Assembly: GCA_937899865.1 (NCBI GenBank)
Contig: CALBRH010000063.1
Location: 32,001-96,000, forward strand
Length of the DNA: 64,000 nucleotides
From: an uncultured euryarchaeote
Lineage (GTDB): Archaea > Thermoplasmatota > Poseidoniia > Poseidoniales > Poseidoniaceae
Reading direction: 5' to 3'
Both the position numbers and the translations under genes were made by a program. Position 1 is the stretch's first letter. Each line of letters begins with the position of its first letter. A model generated the notes under the pieces. The model was given only the letters and a program-made list of their open reading frames with translations. It had not been told where the DNA came from and did no database searches. Below, piece by piece: positions 58,450-64,000 of this stretch.

Positions 58450-58944
58450 TCACTCCGATGATTCCTCACTTTCAGCAGCAGATAGAATATCAGCCAATGC
58501 CTTCTTACCTGCTTCAACAACCTTGAGATTGATTTGTCTGGTGTCTTGGGTAACAGTGTTGCCACGGAAATTTCTACGCTTTCTAAGTCCATCAGGTTTG
58601 TATCGGAATCGCTTCTTTTCGCCACCTTTGGTCTTGAAAACCAAATTATGTCCTTTGAATCCAGTTGATTGAGTAACCAAGATTGACTGTCTAGAACCAC
58701 CTTCTAGGTCTCTTCTTAGAGGAGTTCCAGTTTTGTCAGCACCACCAGTAATTTGTAATTTATATCCTGAAAGAGTCTTGTCACCTTCACCTACGAAAAT
58801 TCCATCGACAATATCGCCAATTTTTTTCCCTAGAATTTGAGAGTAGTTATTTCCCGAAATTTTCAATGAGTATGCTTTACCGTTGCTTTTTGGGTCTGTA
58901 TCATTTACGACAGCAACGAACTCTCCTTGTGAACCAGTAGCCAT
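58450..58944 (-). CDS. rps6e: 30S ribosomal protein S6e
   Basis: LGKKIGD.VDG, LQITGGADKTG.P, G.RKRRNFRGN, QINLKV. ATG 58944; track starts at 58995. Confidence 0.95.
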   Translation of the reverse strand: MATGSQGEFVAVVNDTDPKSNGKAYSLKISGNNYSQILGKKIGDIVDGIFVGEGDKTLSGYKLQITGGADKTGTPLRRDLEGGSRQSILVTQSTGFKGHNLVFKTKGGEKKRFRYKPDGLRKRRNFRGNTVTQDTRQINLKVVEAGKKALADILSAAESEESSE

Positions 58945-59023
58945 AATTACACCTCTAAGACAGGTTGGCCAACAGTGACCTATATTTATGCTCACCGGAT
59001 GAAAAACAATTGGTTTTTGTTGC

Positions 59024-60256
59024 TTACAATCGCTTTTTTATCAGCATTTCTAGCCTGCTTGCTATATCACTTGGTAAGAAATGTGGCATGCTGAGATGGG
59101 TAGTTCTACCTCGTCCGTCACTAACTGCCGAGATTCTGGTTTTGATTAGTTGCCTATTTTCTAATTCTTTGAGATATTTCCATAAGGTTGTGTGGCTTTT
59201 CATATCTTGCTCATATTCTTCACATACTACTGCGTAGAGGCTTTCTACGTCACCAGTAGTCATTGAACTTTCTTTCTTCAGCCTTCGACAAATTGCTAGC
59301 AATACCAGCATTGCATGATTTTTCAAACCATCAATAGCATCTATTTCTGATACCATATCAACTGATAAAATATCATCTTTAGCATGGACATCATCAACAC
59401 TAATTTCTCTCTTAGTATGATCGTCTTGTCTAATTTCACATGACTCAGCGGCTGATTTTAGTAACTCAATCGCTAATCTAGCATCGCCAATAGGAGCAGA
59501 TTTTTGAGCTATTAATCTAACAATTTCTTCTGAATATGAGCCTTTGACTAATGCCAAATCGGCTCTCTGCATGGCAATATCGTACAGTTCATCTTCATTG
59601 TATGATGGTATTTTTATCAAATTTGTTTTACCAATTCTTGAAATTACTGCTGTTTCCAAGACATCGAGAACCTGTTCTTGACTGATTAAAATTAGTGAAA
59701 GAGTTCCTTTACCTTCTTGATCTTCATCAATCCTCAATAATTGGTACAAGATGTCATCACCAGATTTTCTCAACATGTGGTCGACTTCATCTAAAATAAC
59801 AATTAGATGGGTAGAATTTCGTCTGGTCAGTTTACGTAAACTGAGTAATAGTTCTCCCATTGATAAACCTCGGTCAGGGTGCCCAGGGTCTATTGCATGC
59901 AAAATACGTTGAACTACACGAGTACTCGTTGATGCATTTCTGCAATTTACATGTGCGATATTGATAGTTCTTCGATTGACAAGATGTCTCTGTAAGTCAC
60001 GACAGAATGTTTTGACAAGAACAGTTTTCCCACTACCTACGGGTCCTGAAATAATAGCTTGACAACTAGATTCCTGTTTGTCTATAGAAGAGAATCTTGC
60101 AGCCAATTGGTTTTGATATTTCTCCCGACAGACTAACTTCTCTGGAACATAATCAAAATCGAGTGGCTCCGGGTTATCAATTACATAACCAGCACCGATT
60201 CTGTCGAGATAACTGCTCATAACATCGGAAGGCTTACGCCAACCGTTATTGAACAT
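59024..60256 (-). CDS. cdc6: Orc1/Cdc6-family replication initiation protein
   Basis: DFDYVPEKLVCRE, GPVGSGKT, HVNCR, VILDEVD, GDARLAI, C-terminal winged helix. Start may be 60220. Confidence 0.93.
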   Translation of the reverse strand: MFNNGWRKPSDVMSSYLDRIGAGYVIDNPEPLDFDYVPEKLVCREKYQNQLAARFSSIDKQESSCQAIISGPVGSGKTVLVKTFCRDLQRHLVNRRTINIAHVNCRNASTSTRVVQRILHAIDPGHPDRGLSMGELLLSLRKLTRRNSTHLIVILDEVDHMLRKSGDDILYQLLRIDEDQEGKGTLSLILISQEQVLDVLETAVISRIGKTNLIKIPSYNEDELYDIAMQRADLALVKGSYSEEIVRLIAQKSAPIGDARLAIELLKSAAESCEIRQDDHTKREISVDDVHAKDDILSVDMVSEIDAIDGLKNHAMLVLLAICRRLKKESSMTTGDVESLYAVVCEEYEQDMKSHTTLWKYLKELENRQLIKTRISAVSDGRGRTTHLSMPHFLPSDIASRLEMLIKKRL

Positions 60257-60293
60257 ACGCTTTGATTTAGCAAAAATATTTCAATTAGCCAAC

Positions 60294-61403
60294 TCAAGGG
60301 ATTTCGTCAAACATATATCCCGTTTCCCATTGCTTTTCGCCCAATGCTACTTCTAATTCAAATGGCGTAATCAATGGTTTACGATATCTAACTGCATCAT
60401 CAATAGCAATTCTTGGGCATGCTGTATTGACAAATGCGTCAACTGGATAGAAATCAATTAGGTCCGGTCCAATGTGTTCAAGAGCTAGTAAGTATCCTTT
60501 CTTACCATGCTTCTCAAGCATTCTTTTCATTCTTAACGCTAAAGTGCGCCTCATTTGTCCAGGTTTTTCACCGATCAAAATTCCAAAAGATTGACTATCT
60601 TGACTCGACATTATCAATCCGAACCTTTGTCTCAATATTCTCTCAATTCTTTCAAATGACATTTCTTCAGCAGTACCTGAATAAGGGTCTAACATTGCTA
60701 GAGGCTTTCCAGTATGTAGGACCAATCCAATTGGATGGAAATCTCCAGAACCCAAGAATAGATAGTGTCCTATGCTAGGGTCGTCGCCTGAATAATTACA
60801 ACCAAGAACCTGTCCTGGGAATGATAATCTTGCCCCTCCAATTGGTATTTCTACGTCAAATCCAGCCTTTTCTAAACGATCATTGAATTCGGGTAATAGG
60901 TGAAGGTGTTGTATTGAACCAACTAATCCGAGTTTTGTATCGGTTAATGGAGCCATTCTTCCAACAGCATCCAAAAATTTCTCTTGTGCTTCTGCTTCAG
61001 ATAATTGCTTGTTACTATCTTGATTAGAAATTCTTTCTTTCGCCAACGCTAAATGCTTGTTTAGTAGAGGTAGAACGGGACTTAGTTCAGGATCTCCGTC
61101 ATATCTAACATCGATGAATTCAGTAGGCATGCCAGAATCAATATTCATTTGAGAATGTCCCATATGAGCTACTAATTCTACTCCCATCATTTTCATTTTG
61201 TCATGGACTAAATCACATGCTCCATAGCATGGGTCTGCAGCCAAAACTACCTTGGCACTAGTTTCAGTTTCAATCTCATCCATCATTTCAAGGGCTTGCA
61301 TTTTCAAGCCTTCAGGTACCTGTAAAGCGATTAATCGGTTGTCATTTTGTTTAATCTTTTCAACCAAGTCGTCTAGTTGAAAGTCGTGCCTATCTAGATC
61401 CAA
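60294..61403 (-). CDS. dph2: Diphthamide biosynthesis enzyme Dph2
   Basis: LQVPEGLK, DPCYGACD, HMGHS, GQVLGCN, GSGDFH, NTACPRIAIDD, PLITPFE. Confidence 0.95.
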   Translation of the reverse strand: MDLDRHDFQLDDLVEKIKQNDNRLIALQVPEGLKMQALEMMDEIETETSAKVVLAADPCYGACDLVHDKMKMMGVELVAHMGHSQMNIDSGMPTEFIDVRYDGDPELSPVLPLLNKHLALAKERISNQDSNKQLSEAEAQEKFLDAVGRMAPLTDTKLGLVGSIQHLHLLPEFNDRLEKAGFDVEIPIGGARLSFPGQVLGCNYSGDDPSIGHYLFLGSGDFHPIGLVLHTGKPLAMLDPYSGTAEEMSFERIERILRQRFGLIMSSQDSQSFGILIGEKPGQMRRTLALRMKRMLEKHGKKGYLLALEHIGPDLIDFYPVDAFVNTACPRIAIDDAVRYRKPLITPFELEVALGEKQWETGYMFDEIP

Positions 61404-61414
61404 AGTTTCACTTC

Positions 61415-61993
61415 CTAATCTAATATCACTACTTTTTCGCCATCCATTTCAAGTTTTACAAGCGAATCAAACTTAATTTTAGGATAATCTTGTTGCAAAA
61501 TTTCCATACCAGGGCCTTTTTCAACAACAACGACGATATTTTCGATAATTGCACCAGTTCTTTTGACACCTTCAACAACTGATCTTATTGTTCCACCAGT
61601 CGATAAAACATCATCAATTATGGCAATTCTTTCACCAGGTTTAATGTCATTAAGGAATATACTTCCTTTTGAATAACCAGTTTCTTGATTAATTTCGACT
61701 TCTCCTTCAAGCCCATATTGTCGCTTTCTTGCAATAACCATAGGAATGCCTGTACGCATAGATAATGGAGCCATTAGTGGCAATCCCATCGCTTCAATTC
61801 CAAGAATAATATCGATGTTATCCCAATTAATCAGTGGTACTGATAATTCAATAATCGCTTCTAAGACATTTGGCTCTAATCTTGGTACGCCATCTGTTAT
61901 AGGATGAATAAAGTAAGGATAATCGCCTTTCCAAATAATTGGTGCCTTAACAAGGCTTTGTTTTAGAATTTCAATCTCCTTCATGATGGTCAC
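61415..61993 (-). CDS. hpt: Purine phosphoribosyltransferase (archaeal hpt/apt type)
   Basis: YPYFIHPITDGVP, IEAMGLP, ARKR, IIDDVLSTGGT. Confidence 0.85.
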   Translation of the reverse strand: MTIMKEIEILKQSLVKAPIIWKGDYPYFIHPITDGVPRLEPNVLEAIIELSVPLINWDNIDIILGIEAMGLPLMAPLSMRTGIPMVIARKRQYGLEGEVEINQETGYSKGSIFLNDIKPGERIAIIDDVLSTGGTIRSVVEGVKRTGAIIENIVVVVEKGPGMEILQQDYPKIKFDSLVKLEMDGEKVVILD

Positions 61994-62000
61994 CTTACCA

Positions 62001-62402
62001 TCAAAGTTCAGCTAGAAATTCAACATATTCATCAGGGTCTAACAATAATTCAGTGTCAAAATCATGAGGTTCTAAAATAATGACCCATCCTAGGTCATAA
62101 GCAGATTCGTTAACTAATTCTGGATTACTTTCAACTTCGCCATTAACCTCAGCAATGAGTCCAGAAAAGGGAGTAGGAAATGGCATTCTTTCAGACTCTG
62201 TAACAACTGAAAACATGAAATCTCCTTTGTCAATCTCAGTTTCAGCTTGTCGAAGTTTGACTTCCAAAATGTCACCTATTTCCAGTCTTAGGAATTCGCT
62301 AACTCCAATCATTAATCTATCATCTTTCTCTTGATACCAAAGGTGGTCTGTAGAGTATTTTCTATTGTGTGCTACATTAAATTCAACGGTTTCTTCATCC
62401 AA
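62001..62402 (-). CDS. Glycine cleavage H-protein homologue lacking the lipoyl-lysine
   Basis: KYSTDHLW, IGVSE..GDI, PFSG.I.EVN, PELVN...Y..GW; GGAGG SD before TTG 62402 (track starts at 62462). Confidence 0.85.
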   Translation of the reverse strand: MDEETVEFNVAHNRKYSTDHLWYQEKDDRLMIGVSEFLRLEIGDILEVKLRQAETEIDKGDFMFSVVTESERMPFPTPFSGLIAEVNGEVESNPELVNESAYDLGWVIILEPHDFDTELLLDPDEYVEFLAEL

Positions 62403-62523
62403 AATGATTCCTCCTGTGCGCGCCTCATAGGCATAATATATGAATAATTTGGGAAATAGCAAATTTTAGAAATTTAGCAAACGGGTTAAGTGAGTCGGCT
62501 TATTGGCTTGATTGGGGAGAGTC

Positions 62524-63693
62524 ATGAACTACGCAGAAACCGATGAGCAGCAAATGATTAGAGAACTTGTGCGAGATTTCGCTGAGACTGTTTTAGCGCC
62601 TTCTGCAGAACATAGAGATGCTAATCAAATACCTCCTATTGAAGAATGGCAACAGTTCCTAGAATATGGTCTTCAAGGCGTCACAATTCCAGAACAATAC
62701 GGCGGTTCTCCAGTTGACGATATCTCTGAATCAATTATTGTCGAAGAGTTATCTAGGGTAGATCCATCATTTGGTGTAATGTTTTGTGTTCACGTTGGAC
62801 TCTGTGCAAAGACAATTGCTTTACATGGTAATGAAGAACAGAAGGCTAAGTATTTACCAAGACTAGCAGCAGGCGAAGTAGGCGCTTACTCGCTTTCCGA
62901 GGCAGGTGCAGGTACTGATGCTGCAGCAATGATTTGTAAAGCAAAATTATCTGAAGATGGTAAACACTTTTTGTTAAATGGGGAAAAAATGTGGGTTACA
63001 AATGGAGTACAAGCAGAAATTATAGTTTTGTTCGCCAAAGATGTAGATCATCCAGATTATGGTGTAAAGAAGCACGGTGGTACTACTGCATTCATAGTAG
63101 AATCTTCTTTTGAAGGTTTTTCTGTAGGTAAGAAAGAAGATAAATTGGGTATTCGTTCTTCAGATACCTGCACACTTATTCTAAACAACTGCAAAGTACC
63201 AGTAGAGAATGTGATAAAAGGAGTAGGAAATGGGTTTCCAATAGCTATGAATGCACTTGATAATAGTCGTATTGGAATTGCTGCACAAGCACTTGGTATT
63301 GCTCAAGGTGCTTATGAATCAGCACTAAATTACTCACATGAGAGGGAAGCATTTGGAAAACCAATTGCTCACCATCAAATGATAATGGCCTACTTGGCGG
63401 ATATGGCTACTAGGATACAGGCTGCTCGTCAGTTGGTTTATCGAGCATCTTGGGCCAAGCAAGAGCATTATGAAAATGATGGACCAAGACATACTCAAGA
63501 AGCTAGCATGGCAAAATTATATGCCGGTGACACAGCAATGTGGGTGTCAGAAAGAGCCATTCAAGTTCTTGGTGGCTATGGTTACACAAAGGAGTTTCCA
63601 GTTGAGCGATTCTTTAGAGATGCTAAGATCACACAAATCTATGAGGGAACTCAAGAGGTACAAAGAATTGTTATTTCAAGAAGCTTGAAATGA
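62524..63693 (+). CDS. Acyl-CoA dehydrogenase
   Basis: YSLSEAGAGTD, LNGEKMWVTNG, KLGIRSSDT, RIGIAAQALG, REAFGKPI, ERFFRDAKITQIYEGTQEVQR. Track starts at 62512. Confidence 0.96.
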   Translation: MNYAETDEQQMIRELVRDFAETVLAPSAEHRDANQIPPIEEWQQFLEYGLQGVTIPEQYGGSPVDDISESIIVEELSRVDPSFGVMFCVHVGLCAKTIALHGNEEQKAKYLPRLAAGEVGAYSLSEAGAGTDAAAMICKAKLSEDGKHFLLNGEKMWVTNGVQAEIIVLFAKDVDHPDYGVKKHGGTTAFIVESSFEGFSVGKKEDKLGIRSSDTCTLILNNCKVPVENVIKGVGNGFPIAMNALDNSRIGIAAQALGIAQGAYESALNYSHEREAFGKPIAHHQMIMAYLADMATRIQAARQLVYRASWAKQEHYENDGPRHTQEASMAKLYAGDTAMWVSERAIQVLGGYGYTKEFPVERFFRDAKITQIYEGTQEVQRIVISRSLK

Positions 63694-63694
63694 T

Positions 63695-64000
63695 TCAGAA
63701 TTGTAAATCATTGCCCTTTAATTTTGCTTGTCTAAGCCCACTAGACCAATCAAATAGGCTGCCAATAAAGGATATTTTCTTGCCTTCCAATTGTTCAATT
63801 TGTTCATTATATTCTGGTTCAAACAATACTGATACTGTGTATGGTCCGTTGTCAAGAAGGCCAACAGCTGTCATCCCTCCACGATAACTATCCATGACTA
63901 ACAAAGTTCTCTCTACTCTTTCAACCATAAGAGTACATTCTCCAGGACTTGTAGAGTCAATCACACTATTTGCTTCTCTATGCAACCTTGTAGAATGTAG
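63695..64000 (-). CDS. 5'-truncated hypothetical protein (possible OB-fold-like C-terminus)
   Basis: Frame is open to the window edge; stop abuts the convergent acyl-CoA dehydrogenase. Confidence 0.5.
   Translation of the reverse strand, partial: LHSTRLHREANSVIDSTSPGECTLMVERVERTLLVMDSYRGGMTAVGLLDNGPYTVSVLFEPEYNEQIEQLEGKKISFIGSLFDWSSGLRQAKLKGNDLQF

Noticed and set aside
58385-58700. Extra ORFs overlapping rps6e (58425-58700 minus, 58385-58672 plus)
   Set aside because: Shadow frames of a clear S6e gene with no recognisable motifs.
58945-60293. Replication origin immediately adjacent to cdc6
   Set aside because: Flanking gaps are only about 80 bp and about 37 bp, and I see no ORB-like repeats or extended unwinding element there.

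Overview
AT-rich, very densely coded archaeal chromosome segment. Gene content (A-type ATP synthase atpHIKECFABD, eIF2-gamma/S6e, Orc1/Cdc6, Dph2, PurP, Rpo6, class II HMG-CoA reductase, heme A/O synthases, acidic secreted proteins) points to an aerobic heterotrophic Thermoplasmatota, most likely Marine Group II (Poseidoniales); this taxonomy is an inference. The window holds about 50 CDS and one tRNA-Ser(GCT). I see no rRNA, CRISPR array, integrase or transposase. Main blocks in order: a three-subunit molybdo-flavoenzyme resembling 4-hydroxybenzoyl-CoA reductase, a DUF4350-MoxR-DUF58 cluster, an aspartate kinase + archaeal shikimate operon, ctaA/ctaB, a pilin-like/lamin-tail gene with three KaiC-like genes, the ATP synthase operon, smc-scpA-scpB, an AAA-wHTH/beta-propeller/DUF357 operon, and information-processing genes. 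Best leads: (1) a canonical EF-hand pair plus a His/Asp tract inserted in ATP synthase subunit I, suggesting a Ca2+/metal-regulated A-type ATP synthase; (2) a symmetric, roughly helically phased TAACG/CGTTA array directly upstream of a degenerate AAA-winged-helix gene; (3) the HcrCAB-like enzyme with its extra Fe-S insert; (4) catalytically dead homologues (lysine-less GcvH, site-2 protease without Zn ligands, KaiC-like proteins without Walker A). All family calls come from motif recognition by eye; no database searches were run.
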